From an uncultured delta proteobacterium (lineage in GTDB: Bacteria; Desulfobacterota; Binatia; UBA9968): a DNA stretch of 64,000 nucleotides. The stretch spans positions 64,001 through 128,000 of the forward strand of contig CAVUZH010000015.1 in NCBI GenBank assembly GCA_963745835.1, given 5' to 3'. The notes beneath the pieces are model-generated. The model saw nothing but the letters and a program-made list of their open reading frames with translations, was not told the origin of the DNA and searched no databases. Both the position numbers and the translations under genes were made by a program. Below are positions 39,031 through 50,096 of this stretch, piece after piece. Position 1 is the first letter of the stretch, and every line of letters starts with the position of its first letter.

Positions 39031-40125
39031 TCAGGCCGGCTTCTTATAGAAATCCGGATTCATTCTCGTGCTTGTCCCGGATTTGGCCAGTTCCTCCTCG
39101 AACATTTTTCGGATGTTCGGATCCTCGTCGTAATACTCAATCTGGTTGCCTCCGGACTTGACGTCTTTATCGACTTTGGTGATGTCGCCGAAGCTTTCGC
39201 CCAAGCTGTACTTGATCCCGCCTAAACGCGGCGGCAGATAGCGCGCCCCTGTGGCGCCGGTGTTGAAGTGCTGGTGAAACATCATTGCCGGCGGCGTAAA
39301 AACACTGCCGTCCTGCCAATCGTAGCGCTTCGGCTGTTCTCCTTGTCTCCAGAACAATGAGAAGCCATGACCTTTGATGATCATGACATTGAAACCAGGT
39401 CCGTGCCGATGGGCTTTCTTATAGGTGCCGACAGGGAACTCGGAAATATGCGCGGCCATCGAGCCATTGGCCATCTCAAGCATGACATTCTTTCCAGCCG
39501 CGCCGCGCTCTTTCCAGTCTTCAAGTTTGAAGTTGCGGGCATCAGCAATAAAGTTGGTATCCCAAACACGGCCTGGATGAGCTTTGCCCTTGCCGCTGAA
39601 ATATTCGGGATCGCCGTCGAAACGATCGACGAAGTCGCGAGGCGTATTGAAGATAAAGTCTTCGTTATGAAAAAGGTTGAAGGTGATGGCCATGCTGTTG
39701 ACCGAGAAAAACCGCGCTGGCTCGTCGCCCTGGCCGTTGAAGTGCTGGTACCAGGAATTAAGCGGCAGTGCGAAAAGACTTCCCTCTTGCCATTCGAAAG
39801 TTTGCTTCGCTCCTTTGTCATTCCAAATGGTAGTTGCGCCGCGGCCCTTGAGAACGTAAAGCATGTCTTCGTAGAGGTGCCTCTGCCGGTTGAGGCTCTT
39901 TCCGGCGGGGATTTCCAAAACATAGGCGCCGGTGGTTCCCTCCGCGCCTTCCATGTTGATGAATGCGCCATTACCACCGGTACGATCCCAAGGTTTTAGT
40001 TCAACCTTTCTCAAGTCCTGGACGAAAAAAGTTTTGACAACGGGGATTCCCTCCGCAAGCTGCCATTTTTCATAATATGGAATGTTATCTATCGAAACAT
40101 CTTGTTGAACAGCCGGTTTAGCCAT
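39031..40125 (-). CDS. Bicupin protein of unknown specificity
   Basis: QRHLYE...WYQHFN and KAHRHGPG...FHQHFN. Confidence 0.85.
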   Translation of the reverse strand: MAKPAVQQDVSIDNIPYYEKWQLAEGIPVVKTFFVQDLRKVELKPWDRTGGNGAFINMEGAEGTTGAYVLEIPAGKSLNRQRHLYEDMLYVLKGRGATTIWNDKGAKQTFEWQEGSLFALPLNSWYQHFNGQGDEPARFFSVNSMAITFNLFHNEDFIFNTPRDFVDRFDGDPEYFSGKGKAHPGRVWDTNFIADARNFKLEDWKERGAAGKNVMLEMANGSMAAHISEFPVGTYKKAHRHGPGFNVMIIKGHGFSLFWRQGEQPKRYDWQDGSVFTPPAMMFHQHFNTGATGARYLPPRLGGIKYSLGESFGDITKVDKDVKSGGNQIEYYDEDPNIRKMFEEELAKSGTSTRMNPDFYKKPA

Positions 40126-40316
40126 ATAGACCCTCCCAGAAACTATGCTGGGTTTCTATCGCATCGAATTGGCAAAAGCAAGGCGGAGATACCTGATCTG
40201 CCGCGGGATTTTCACAAGAGATCTACGCGCGGCAGAAGCAAAATCGCGGGTTCTCGACAAGTTGGTACGAGCGCGGTGTTGTTATCGGCGGAATGGCCAA
40301 CTTGCCATTAGGAGCA

Positions 40317-40347
40317 TTGACAATATCCCGCTAAAACTCTACTAAAT
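40317..40347 (+). promoter_or_regulatory. Possible sigma70 promoter of the decarboxylase operon
   Basis: TTGACA-N17-TACTAA; AAGGAG RBS before 40387. Confidence 0.5.
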
Positions 40348-40386
40348 GGCAATATTCAAGCTGCTTCAACAATCAAGGAGACCAAC

Positions 40387-40602
40387 TTGGCGACACCGAT
40401 TACCGCTCCGATGGTGGGGAAAATCTTGAAGGTGGAGAAAAACGTCGGAGACCGCGTCGATGAAGACGAGGTAGTGCTTGTGATGGAAGCGATGAAGATG
40501 GAGATACCCGTCGTTGCGCCTGCCTCCGGAGTGCTCAAAGAGATGAAGGTGTCAGCGGGACAGGCCGTCGAAGCGGATCAACTGCTCGCTGAAATCGAAT
40601 AA
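40387..40602 (+). CDS. Biotin carboxyl carrier protein (decarboxylase biotin subunit)
   Basis: ITAPMVG, EAMKME. Confidence 0.93.
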   Translation: MATPITAPMVGKILKVEKNVGDRVDEDEVVLVMEAMKMEIPVVAPASGVLKEMKVSAGQAVEADQLLAEIE

Positions 40603-40647
40603 TCCGTCCCGGTCAACACGCCCCGCAATCTTGGAGGAAATCAACTG

Positions 40648-40794
40648 ATGGACATCTGGTCTTTCGGATGGACGCTGTCGGTCATTGGCATGGCTGGAAC
40701 TATGCTGGTGTTGTGGTGCCTGAGCTTGCTTATCCTGCTGCTTAGGAAAATTTTCCCGTATAAGCCCGAAGCAACGGCACCGAAGAAAGGTTAG
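40648..40794 (+). CDS. OadG/MmdD-like small membrane subunit (48 aa, not in ORF track)
   Basis: GGAGG RBS; MDIWSFGWTLSVIGMAGTMLVLWCLSLLILLLRKIFPYKPEATAPKKG. Confidence 0.82.
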   Translation: MDIWSFGWTLSVIGMAGTMLVLWCLSLLILLLRKIFPYKPEATAPKKG

Positions 40795-40802
40795 ACAGAT
40801 TG

Positions 40803-41949
40803 ATGGAATCGGCGATTGCTTCCGGCCTGCAAGGTCTTTTACTCGGGATCAGCAATCTGACTTTAGCTCATGTCGTCATGATCCTGATTGGTTCGCTGCT
40901 GCTTTATCTTGGAATCAGCAAAGGATACGAGCCTCTCCTCCTTCTCCCTATCGGCTTCGGCGCCATTCTAGTGAATATTCCGTTAGCCGGCTTGATGGAT
41001 GAGCACGGCATCCTCCGCTACTTTTACGAGAATGGTATCCTGACGGAGATATTTCCCGTGCTCATTTTTTTGGGCATCGGCGCGATGACGGATTTTTCGC
41101 CGCTGTTGGAAAATCCGAAAATCATTTTGCTGGGCGCCGCCGGACAGTTCGGGATTTTTTTGACTCTGCTGCTTGCTCTGGCGGTGGGCTTCGACAAGCT
41201 CGACGCCGTAGCCGTTGCTATCATCGGCGCCTGTGACGGCCCCACTGCGATTTATGTCAGCTCCAAATATGCGCCGCATTTATTGGGAGCGGTTTCAGTG
41301 GCTGCTTATTCCTATATGTCTTTGGTTCCGCTGATCCAACCGCCGATCATGCGCCTGCTGACCACCGATCGAGAAAGAAAAATCGTCATGGGTGTGAGCC
41401 GGCAGCCGGTTTCCAAGACCACAAAGATTCTTTTCCCGATCGTTGTGACGATTTTCGCTTCAATCCTCGCGCCCATCGGCACACCTTTGATCGGCACTGT
41501 GATGTTAGGCAATCTCATGAAAGAAAGCGGTGTCGTGGAGCGGCTTAAAAGCGCTTCCGAAAACGAGATTGCCAATATCATCACTCTCCTTTTGGGTCTT
41601 ACGATTGGCGCCACAATGGAGGCGGATAAGTTTCTGCGCGCGGAGACATTGCTTGTATTGGGACTTGGCCTCATCGCCATTAGCCTGGATACCGTCGTTG
41701 GGGTGCTCTTCGGCAAAGCTGATGTGCGTACTTACCGGCGGCAAGGTCAATCCGCTTATCGGCGCGGCCGGGATTTCAGCATTTCCAATGGCCGCGCGCG
41801 TCGCCCAAACGGAAGGTCAGAAGTACAACAAGAAGAATTATCTCTTGATGCACGCGATGAGCGCCAATGCCGGTGGGCAGATCGGTTCCGTCATTGCAGC
41901 CGCGGTGATGCTGTCGGTGCTCACGGGAATGGGAATCGTCGGCGGGTGA
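40803..41949 (+). CDS. Sodium ion-translocating decarboxylase beta subunit (OadB/MmdB family), +1 frameshift near 41716
   Basis: YEPLLLLPIGFG, GIGAMTDF, IIGACDGPT; continues in ORF 41530-41949 as KLM...NPLIGAAGISAFPMAARV...LMHAM. Confidence 0.92.
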
Positions 41950-41960
41950 CAGGAACCGTT

Positions 41961-43514
41961 ATGGCTAATTCCAGAGATGATCTCGAAAAGAAACTTACCG
42001 CGTTAGAAGAACAAGCCGTCGCAGGCGCTGTAAAGACGGCCGGCAAACAAGCGGACGAAGGCAGGCTCACCGCGCGAGAACGAGTCGAGACGCTTCTTGA
42101 TCCCGGCACGTTCGTCGAAGAGTTCATGCTGGCGGAAACGCAATGTACAGACTTCGGCATGGCAGAGCGAAAACAGCCGTCCGACGGCGTAGTGACCGGT
42201 TTCGGAAAGATCGACGGCCGCCCGGTTTATGTTTTCTCACAGGATCGATCCATCATGGCCGGAAGTGTTGGCAGCGCCCACGCGGAAAAGATCGCCTACG
42301 TGATCCAGACGGCGCGCAGACTGGGCGTTCCTCTAATCGGTCTTAATGACTCCGCGGGAGCACGAATTCAGGAGGGACTTTCGGTCACTTCCGCCATTGG
42401 CAAGATCTTTTTCGAGAACAGTATCGCATCAGGCTGCATCCCGCAGATCTCCGCAATCATGGGGCCGTGTATCGGCGTCGGCTCCTATTCGCCGGCGCTT
42501 ACGGATTTCGTTTTAATGGTCCAGAATTCCAGCCAGATGTTCATCACGGGTCCGGCGGTGATCAAAGAAGTCCTGGGCGAGACCGTCACCATGGAGGAGT
42601 TAGGCGGCGCCAAGATTCACTCCGAAGTCTCAGGCGTCGCCGATCTGGTGGTCAAAAGCGATCAAGAATGTCTCGCGACAATTCGCCGGCTGCTCGGTTT
42701 CTTGCCATCCAATTTTGAGTCGCCGCCGGCGCGCAAATCCACCAGCGATAATCCGGAGCGCAGCCTCGATTCGCTCAACCAAATCGTCCCAGATGATATG
42801 CGCCGCGCCTACAATATTCTTCAAGTCATCAAAGCGATCGTCGATGATAATGATTTTCTTGAGTTGAAAGCGAAATTCGCTCGCAATCTGGTGATCGGCT
42901 TCGGCAGGTTGGACGGGCACCCGGTCGGGTTCGTCGCGAATCAGCCAATGTTTCTCGCCGGCAGTTTGGATGTCGACGCATCCGATAAAGCCGCTCGTTT
43001 CATTCGATTCTGCGATGCCTTCAATGTTCCTATCATCACACTGATGGACGTACCGGGATTTTTTCCTGGAAGACAACAGGAAGAAAAAGGCATCATTCGC
43101 CACGGCGCTAAGATGCTCTACGCATATGCCGAGGCGACGGTACCAAAGATCACTGTTGTCTTACGCAAGGGCTATGGCGGCGCCAAACAGGCGCTCTGTA
43201 CCCGCGAAATGGGCGCCGATCAGTTGTTCGTTTGGCCGGGCGTCGAGCTCGCGGTGATGGGTGGCGGCGGAGCGGTCAACGTCCTTTATAAAAGAGAAAT
43301 CGAACGCTCAGCGGATCCGGAGCAAACTCGCAGAGAGAAGATCGCCGAGTTCCAGGAGCGCTTTAGCGGCCCCTTTGAAGCCTTGTCCAAACAGTTTGCG
43401 CACGCAGCCGTTCGTCCGGCGGAGACCCGCCAGCGGCTGATTCGTTCTCTGGAAATATTACGCAACAAAAGAGAAGAGCGACCAAGGAAGAAACATGGCC
43501 TGATGCCGGTGTGA
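41961..43514 (+). CDS. Acyl-CoA carboxyltransferase (MmdA/PccB-like alpha subunit)
   Basis: LTARER, DGVVTG, GARIQEG, FVANQP, FCDAF, RHGAK, KHGLMP. Confidence 0.93.
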   Translation: MANSRDDLEKKLTALEEQAVAGAVKTAGKQADEGRLTARERVETLLDPGTFVEEFMLAETQCTDFGMAERKQPSDGVVTGFGKIDGRPVYVFSQDRSIMAGSVGSAHAEKIAYVIQTARRLGVPLIGLNDSAGARIQEGLSVTSAIGKIFFENSIASGCIPQISAIMGPCIGVGSYSPALTDFVLMVQNSSQMFITGPAVIKEVLGETVTMEELGGAKIHSEVSGVADLVVKSDQECLATIRRLLGFLPSNFESPPARKSTSDNPERSLDSLNQIVPDDMRRAYNILQVIKAIVDDNDFLELKAKFARNLVIGFGRLDGHPVGFVANQPMFLAGSLDVDASDKAARFIRFCDAFNVPIITLMDVPGFFPGRQQEEKGIIRHGAKMLYAYAEATVPKITVVLRKGYGGAKQALCTREMGADQLFVWPGVELAVMGGGGAVNVLYKREIERSADPEQTRREKIAEFQERFSGPFEALSKQFAHAAVRPAETRQRLIRSLEILRNKREERPRKKHGLMPV

Positions 43515-43536
43515 CTATCAATGTGAGGCGCATGGT

Positions 43537-45175
43537 TTAAGCGTCAATCGGCAGCGAGAAAGAAAAGATGCTCCCATGGCCCTGTTCGCTCTCCGCCCAT
43601 ATTGTCCCGCCGTGCGCTTCTACAATCATTTTGCAGATCACTAGGCCGAGCCCGGTGCCTTTGTGATTGGAATTGTTGGCATTCCCTCCCTGTCGATATT
43701 TTTGGAAAAGCTCGCCTATCTCGTTGCTGGGAATGCCTTCGCCGCTATCCTGAACCCAAACCCGAATACTCCTCATCTTAGCGAAATCTGCCCCGACCTT
43801 TACCTCTCCGCCATCGCCAGTGAATTTAATGGCGTTACTGATTAGATTACTTAAGACTTGCTCCAGGCGCTGCGGATCGGCAAGAATCGATGGTAGCGAC
43901 GCATCAATCGCCTCCGCAACGGTCACTTTTTTGTTCTGCGCCACCACCTGGAAGCTCTCAATGCTTTTTCGAACCAGGTCGGTGACACTGACGACCTGCT
44001 TGCTGACGTTAACGTAGCCTGACTCTAGTTTGGAAAGATCAAGAAAGTCGCTCACTAGGTCGATCAGATTGTGACTGTTTGCTTGAACCCGTAATAACCA
44101 TTTTTTTTGCTCCTCGGTCACTGGGCCGAACATCCCGTCCAACATTACCTCCGTTACCCCGGTAATGTTCATGAGCGGCGACCGCAGATCATGAGCGATC
44201 ATTGCCGAGAAGTCGGCTTGCAGCTTGCTTGCCTTCTCGAGCTCGCGCGCTTGTCGCTTGGTCTCCTCATAAAGTTGCGCTCGCTGCACCGCAACTCCCA
44301 CGTGATTGCCGATGGTCTCCCACAGACTCACTTCCTCGTTTTTGAATTTACGCGGCGTTCGCGTTGCCAGTTGAATAATTCCCAGAACCGCGCCATCGGC
44401 GCGAACCGGCACCTGGACAAACGATTGAACTCCCTCCTTTTTCAAAGTTCTTAAACCGTCGCAGCTTTGCACCGATTCCTCCACGCACGGCTGCTGGAAT
44501 ATTTGGTCCTTGAAATGAGAGGATTGCGCGTTGCCGCTGGTGCGGGAGATTGCGCGGTGGCTCGCGACGTTTTCCGGATCCCGGTAACCACGAACAATCA
44601 CCACCTGAAGCGTATCACCATTGGATTCAAGCAGTCGGATATTGCCCAGGTCGAACGAACCTATAAAAATCGCCTGCTCAAGAATGTGTTCGAGCACTGA
44701 ATTGAGGTCCAATGATGCCAATATCGCCTCGCTGATTTTCCTTAGCACCATCAGTTCTCGATTTCGTGCTTTCAGGCTTTCTTCGGCTTTATGTCGCTCG
44801 ATCGAGTAGCGCAGAGCGCGCGCCAACAACTGCACCGTCCGCCTGGCCCTTGACCAGATAATCTTGCGCTCCCTGTTGCAGCGCTCTGATGGCAATCTCC
44901 TCATCATTGAGACCGGTCAAAATCACAATCGGCGTGCCTTCCGCCTGGCCGCCCAAACGGCTGATCGTCTCGATACCCTGCGCATCGGGAAGCGAAAGAT
45001 CCAATAACACTACGTCAAATCGCCGCTCGCTCAGCCGCATTAGGGCGTCGCTAAAACGTTCCGCATGAACCAGTTCGAATTGCGAGCTTCCCGTCTCTTG
45101 CAAGAGCGCGCGTAGAAGTCGGACATCGCCCGGATTGTCTTCGATCAACAGGACATGAATAGGCGCGCTGCTCAC
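43537..45175 (-). CDS. Hybrid REC-GAF-HisKA-HATPase sensor kinase, +1 frameshift near 44835
   Basis: REC ([24 protein letters not shown]) joins ...[14 protein letters not shown], then [22 protein letters not shown]. Confidence 0.88.
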
Positions 45176-45624
45176 TTAGCCGCCTCGTGCGACGGCAATT
45201 TGACGACGCTCACCCAGAAATCTTCGATGGACTTCACCACTCCCATAAATTGCTCGAGATCCACCGGTTTGGTGATGTAGCAGTTGGCATGCAGATCGTA
45301 GATTTTGAGTATGTCCTCTTCCGAGGAAGATGTTGTAAGTACAACAACAGGAATTCGCCGAAGGTTGGGATCGGCTTTGATTTCGGCTAGAACCTCCCTG
45401 CCGTCCTTTTTCGGCAAATTCAAATCCAGAAGAATCAGTTCCGGTTGGGGCGCGTCGGCGTATATCCCCTGCTTGCGAAGAAATGAGAGCGCCTCCACCC
45501 CATCGCCGACGACCGTCAGTTGATTCAGCAGCTTGCCTTCCTTCAGCGCTTCTTTCGTCAGTCGGACATCGCCGGGGTTGTCTTCCACCAGCAGTACCTG
45601 AATGCAGCCATTGTAAACACTCAT
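45172..45624 (-). CDS. Single-domain response regulator (Rcp1-like)
   Basis: [35 protein letters not shown]. Confidence 0.94.
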   Translation of the reverse strand: MSVYNGCIQVLLVEDNPGDVRLTKEALKEGKLLNQLTVVGDGVEALSFLRKQGIYADAPQPELILLDLNLPKKDGREVLAEIKADPNLRRIPVVVLTTSSSEEDILKIYDLHANCYITKPVDLEQFMGVVKSIEDFWVSVVKLPSHEAAK

Positions 45625-48600
45625 AAGGATTTATCTCCTTCGGCGGAATTTTCCGCCGGCAGCGTAAAGCGAAAGCTCGAGCCCTTGTGCGGCTGTGATT
45701 CCACCCAGATTCGCCCGCTGTGTCGTTCAACGATCTTTTTGCACAGCGCAAGACCGATTCCCGTACCGGGATATTCCTCCTTGGTATGCAAGCGCTGAAA
45801 GATCACGAAGATCCGCTCCGCATACTGAGAGTCGATCCCGATTCCATCGTCGTTAAATGAGAACAGCCAGTCGCCAGCCTGCCGCTCCGCCGTTACATGG
45901 ATGGAAGGAGGCTTTTCGCCGCGAAATTTGATCGCGTTACCGATCAAATTTTGGAAGAGCTGTCCAAGTTGAATGGCATCGCCCATGATAGTCGGCAGGG
46001 GGTCGTAAGTTATTCTCGCTTGACTGTCTTCGATGGCGATCTGCAAATTCTTGAGAGCGGTTTGAAGAACAATCTCACAGTTTGTCGACGCAAACTGGCG
46101 GCCCTTGGTTCCGATACGCGAGTAAGCAAGCAAAGCCTGGATCAGGTCCTGCATTCGCTTAGACCCATCCACCGCAAAGCCGATGAATTCTTCGGCCTCG
46201 CTGTCGAGTTTGCCCTTGTAGCGCCGGGCAAGCAGTTGCACGTAACTCGCGACCATTCTTAACGGCTCTTGTAAATCGTGCGATGCGACATAGGCAAATT
46301 GCTCTAACTCGGTATTGGAGCGAGCCAGTTCAGCCGCCTGAACGGTTAGCAAACTGTTCACCCGTTCGAGTTTCTCTTTCGCCGATTTTACCTCCTCGGT
46401 TGAATGCTGAAGATCTATATTGGAGCGAGTCAACTGCGCAGCCTTCTCTCCCAGCGCCGCCTGTGCCTGTTGGCTTTCTTCGTAAAGCCGAGCCTTCTGA
46501 ATGGCGATTCCAGCCTGGCCGCCGATGGCGTCGAAAACTCGTAACTCACTCTCCTGAAACTCTCTGACTGTCCGGCTACCGAGCTGAATTATTCCCAGCA
46601 CGTCGTGCTGGGTGTGGAGCGGAATAGCCACGACCGTGCACACTCCTTCTCGTCTAAACGTGCGCATGCCGTCTGATGCACTCAGGTCCTTTACCTTGGT
46701 CTGCTTGCTGGCCATTACCTCGGCGATAATTCTTGCGGTGGACTTTTGCTCACTGGTTTCATAGTGGTTGACGATGGCTTCATGGTCGCGATGTCCACGG
46801 CTGGCCACCAGTCTTAACCTGTTATGATCGCGGTCTAGCAGGCGAATCACGCCGCAATCGAACCTGCCGACCTCAAATGCCTTGTCAAGGATTCGCTCCA
46901 TCATGACTGTTACATCAAGACTTTCGAGAATAGTGTCACTAATCGCATGGAGCGTCTTGAGTTCTCGATAACGTGCCTCGGTTTCACTGAACAGTCGCGC
47001 CTTTTCGAGCGCTACACCGATCATGTTTCCGATAGCCTCCAGTAACTCCAATTCGCGCAGTTCGAAAGGAACCGGCCGGACAGCAGACACCGCCAAGATA
47101 CCCACCACATGAGTGCCAGCTTTTATCGGGATCATGCCGGCCGGATTTTTTTGCGGCGACAGTGCTTCCGAGTTCCCGATTGCGGGAGAATTGTTAATAA
47201 CTAGCGGCTGCCCGCTTGCAAACACGTCCCGTACGATGGAGTCCGTTGACGGGCGAACCATTTCTTCGGTCTCCTCCGGCGAAAACCCCCGATGCGCCGC
47301 CAATGTCATCCCGTTATTAGCGGAATTCTTGAGCCTTATTGATAGGCGCTCGCGTCCGGTCACTTCGAAGACTTTTTCTAACGCAATCTTCAGCAGTTCA
47401 TCGGTATGAAGCGACTGGCTGATAGCTTTGGCGATAAGATTGAGAGCTCCCTGTTCATTGGCGCGTCGCTCCGTCTCGTGGAGAAGCCGAGCCTTCTGAA
47501 TGGCGAGACCCACTTGGTTGCCGATCGCGTTCAGCAGACGAACGTCTTGGGGGCTGAACGTGGACGGCCTGCGGCTTCCCACCTCCATCACTCCGAGGGT
47601 CTCTCGTTCCAGGATGATCGGCACCACAATAGCCGAGCACACCTGTTCCTCTATAAAGGCGAGTAGCCCGTCCCCTGCTGCTAGATTTTCGAGTACTAGA
47701 CTTTTTCCCGACTCGATGATCCGCATTGAAAGAGCATCGCTTCTGGAGTTCTTCATGTCGGCGTAAACGCGAGTATTCTCTTGATCGCCATAGCCTCGAT
47801 AAATTCCGATTCGCGTACCGCCGACAGGCTCAAACAAGCGAATATTACCAATGTCGAGCGAGAGAGTGGCGAGCGCTCGATCGACAATGTTTTCCAGAAC
47901 AGGCTCAAGATCTGTAGCGCTCAAGATCGCTTGGCTCACATCGTGCAGAACCGCCAGCTCAGTGTACCGGTCCAGCAAGTCTTGCTGGGCCTGCTTACGT
48001 TCGGTGATATCTTCCGCTAACCCGACCATGCGGTAAACTTCTCCAGATTCGCTCCGCACAGGAAAAGCGCGATCCTTGATCCAACGTACAGAGCCGTCAT
48101 CGCGGACGATTCGATACTCCTCGCTGTACTGCCCCGCAAACTGCTTGGTGCTTACCGCTCCAAGTACCCGAGCACGATCATCTTCATGAAGCAGCCCCAG
48201 CCAGGATTGAGATAAAGAGCCAATCTTGGCAGGATCGCGTCCCCAAATTTCGCGATATGCGGGGCTGATGTAAAGCTTTTCGTTGTTCGACGGGTCCGTA
48301 ATCCAAAAAACCTCTTTGATGTTTTCGGCGATCTGACGAAACCGCTCTTCGCTCTCGCGCATGGCCGTCTCTCTGCGCTTTAGCGTGCTGATATCACTAA
48401 ACGTTACTATTGTTCCCGCCAGCGCGTTTCGCTCAAAAATTGGGGCGCACTTGTATTCGACAGGAAAGCTCGTGCCGTCAATGCGCCAAAATAGCTCATC
48501 GGCGGCCTGGTGCTTGGCCCCGTCTCTTAACGAAGCGACAATCGACGAGGGCTGGTTGGAAAACTCACTGCCGTCTGCACGCGTGTGGCGCAGTAGCTGC

Positions 48601-49382
48601 TGCGTCGTTTTTCCAAGCACTTCGTCCGCTTGACAATTCAGGAGTTCCGCTGCTGCCGAGTTCATGAAGAGAATTCTTTGCTGCAGGTCAATTCCAAAAA
48701 TTCCTTCGCCGGCAGAATTGAGGATTAAACTGCTTTCCGCGAACGCCTTCTGATTGAAGCGCCAGGCGGACATGTTGCCGACCGCCGCCGCGATGAAAAA
48801 AAAGGAATGAATAGCGGCCCACTTCAACGGAGCGGCCAAAGCCGCCGGATGGCCATAAACGTGGTGAGGCCATATCGCACCAACTAGAACGTGGTAAATC
48901 ACTAGATAAACAAGAACCAGGAGGTACGAAATTCGATCCTGGTACAGCGCCAAGAAGGCAAGCACAACAAAAAAGTGAAAGTGAAACTCGATGGCGCCAC
49001 CTGAGAGATGAACGAGAAATGCCGAGGCGCTTATAAGGCCAAAACCAACCGCGACAGGCGGAAGAGCACGGCCGGTGGTTAGAGCGGCAACGCTCGCGAA
49101 AAGACCCACGATTATCGCTTCGGCGGTCGTCCGAAGCACTGTGCCATCGCGAAGGAGGGCCGCAAGGCTAAATTCCCAGCTATCACCAAACACGACCGCG
49201 ATCAGCGCGATCAGCAACGCATGAAGCCACGTAAGTCGCAGTAAGAATCGGTGCCGGGTTTGCCAGACAGTGGCCGGCAATGATTCGCCGGAAGGCAGAA
49301 ATTCCCACAAGCCTTGCAGGGGCGCGGAAGGTTTCGGTCGCGCGAAGCTCCTGGGGTTGGCCAAGCTCTTAAGTTTGGGCAT
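45621..49382 (-). CDS. Membrane sensor histidine kinase: multi-TM His-rich domain, 2 PAS, 3 GAF, Cph1-type HisKA/HATPase
   Basis: [41 protein letters not shown]; PAS motifs (DGSVRW); three GAF repeats. Confidence 0.93.
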   Translation of the reverse strand: MPKLKSLANPRSFARPKPSAPLQGLWEFLPSGESLPATVWQTRHRFLLRLTWLHALLIALIAVVFGDSWEFSLAALLRDGTVLRTTAEAIIVGLFASVAALTTGRALPPVAVGFGLISASAFLVHLSGGAIEFHFHFFVVLAFLALYQDRISYLLVLVYLVIYHVLVGAIWPHHVYGHPAALAAPLKWAAIHSFFFIAAAVGNMSAWRFNQKAFAESSLILNSAGEGIFGIDLQQRILFMNSAAAELLNCQADEVLGKTTQQLLRHTRADGSEFSNQPSSIVASLRDGAKHQAADELFWRIDGTSFPVEYKCAPIFERNALAGTIVTFSDISTLKRRETAMRESEERFRQIAENIKEVFWITDPSNNEKLYISPAYREIWGRDPAKIGSLSQSWLGLLHEDDRARVLGAVSTKQFAGQYSEEYRIVRDDGSVRWIKDRAFPVRSESGEVYRMVGLAEDITERKQAQQDLLDRYTELAVLHDVSQAILSATDLEPVLENIVDRALATLSLDIGNIRLFEPVGGTRIGIYRGYGDQENTRVYADMKNSRSDALSMRIIESGKSLVLENLAAGDGLLAFIEEQVCSAIVVPIILERETLGVMEVGSRRPSTFSPQDVRLLNAIGNQVGLAIQKARLLHETERRANEQGALNLIAKAISQSLHTDELLKIALEKVFEVTGRERLSIRLKNSANNGMTLAAHRGFSPEETEEMVRPSTDSIVRDVFASGQPLVINNSPAIGNSEALSPQKNPAGMIPIKAGTHVVGILAVSAVRPVPFELRELELLEAIGNMIGVALEKARLFSETEARYRELKTLHAISDTILESLDVTVMMERILDKAFEVGRFDCGVIRLLDRDHNRLRLVASRGHRDHEAIVNHYETSEQKSTARIIAEVMASKQTKVKDLSASDGMRTFRREGVCTVVAIPLHTQHDVLGIIQLGSRTVREFQESELRVFDAIGGQAGIAIQKARLYEESQQAQAALGEKAAQLTRSNIDLQHSTEEVKSAKEKLERVNSLLTVQAAELARSNTELEQFAYVASHDLQEPLRMVASYVQLLARRYKGKLDSEAEEFIGFAVDGSKRMQDLIQALLAYSRIGTKGRQFASTNCEIVLQTALKNLQIAIEDSQARITYDPLPTIMGDAIQLGQLFQNLIGNAIKFRGEKPPSIHVTAERQAGDWLFSFNDDGIGIDSQYAERIFVIFQRLHTKEEYPGTGIGLALCKKIVERHSGRIWVESQPHKGSSFRFTLPAENSAEGDKSL

Positions 49383-49559
49383 CTCTACTATGTCTGCAAT
49401 GTCAGTTCTTACGGCGTTTATCTGGAAGGAAAGATCAACCGACAGGTTCTGTCGCGTCCCAGGATCTGCGAGAGCGACACATCTCCGGCCGATTACGACA
49501 TATTCATCTTCGTTGGATTTCTATGTCCGAGTAAAAGGATCCAAAGGTCTGGTGAGAGA

Positions 49560-49790
49560 TTAGCGATTCTCTTCGAAATCGCCTTTTCTTTCTCGCTCGG
49601 TTCCCCTGGATTCTCGATGTTCGACCCATTGCCTAAGTTGAGTCTCTCGTACCCGCCACTGACCGCCTACCTTGAACGCCGGCAGCTCGTTGATTTTGAT
49701 CATCCGGTGGAGAGTGCGCTTGGAAACCTGAAGCAGTGCCGCAGCCTCATCAAGCGTCAGTAAACGAATACTGTCGAACTTCTGCTCCAT
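49560..49790 (-). CDS. Excisionase-like HTH_17 (BldC/Xis-type) DNA-binding protein
   Basis: LLTLDEAAALLQVSKRTLHRMI...LPAFKVGGQWR. Confidence 0.9.
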   Translation of the reverse strand: MEQKFDSIRLLTLDEAAALLQVSKRTLHRMIKINELPAFKVGGQWRVRETQLRQWVEHRESRGTERERKGDFEENR

Positions 49791-49812
49791 AAATCTTCAA
49801 GAAACTCCCGGC

Positions 49813-49851
49813 GGCTGCTGACGCAATGGCAATGCCATTGCGTCAGCAGCC
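49813..49851. promoter_or_regulatory. Perfect 39-bp palindrome containing a sigma54 -24/-12 motif on both strands
   Basis: GGCTGCTGACGCAATGGCA-A-TGCCATTGCGTCAGCAGCC; TGGCA-N6-TTGC reads in both directions. Confidence 0.65.
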
Positions 49852-50096
49852 TAAGTACTCAAAATAGCGAATGATTTACAATCGCAAACAAGACTGCGGA
49901 AGTGTAGGTGGACAAATCTGGACAATCTGCGACGGCGCGACGCAGAGGTCGTCAGCGAAGAAATAGTATCAAGAGCCGATCAGTTATTCAGTGACGTTCT
50001 CTTAAGCGCCGTTGCGTCTTAGTGAACGCCGTACGAATCGAGGGTACCGGTCCAGCATACGGTCGATTTGTGCGGACCGATCTAAAATCACCATAG

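Noticed and set aside
40800-43514. 904-aa beta-subunit/carboxyltransferase fusion in the ORF track
   Set aside because: An extra A near 41716 causes it; the true beta C-terminus is in another frame ending at 41949, and the carboxyltransferase has its own ATG at 41961
45172-49382. Bacteriophytochrome call
   Set aside because: Kinase and receiver are Cph1/Rcp1-like, but no DIP motif, PHY PRxSF motif or bilin-binding core is visible
49560-49790. Prophage or ICE implied by the excisionase-like gene
   Set aside because: No integrase, att-linked tRNA, phage or conjugation genes nearby; stand-alone HTH_17 regulators are common
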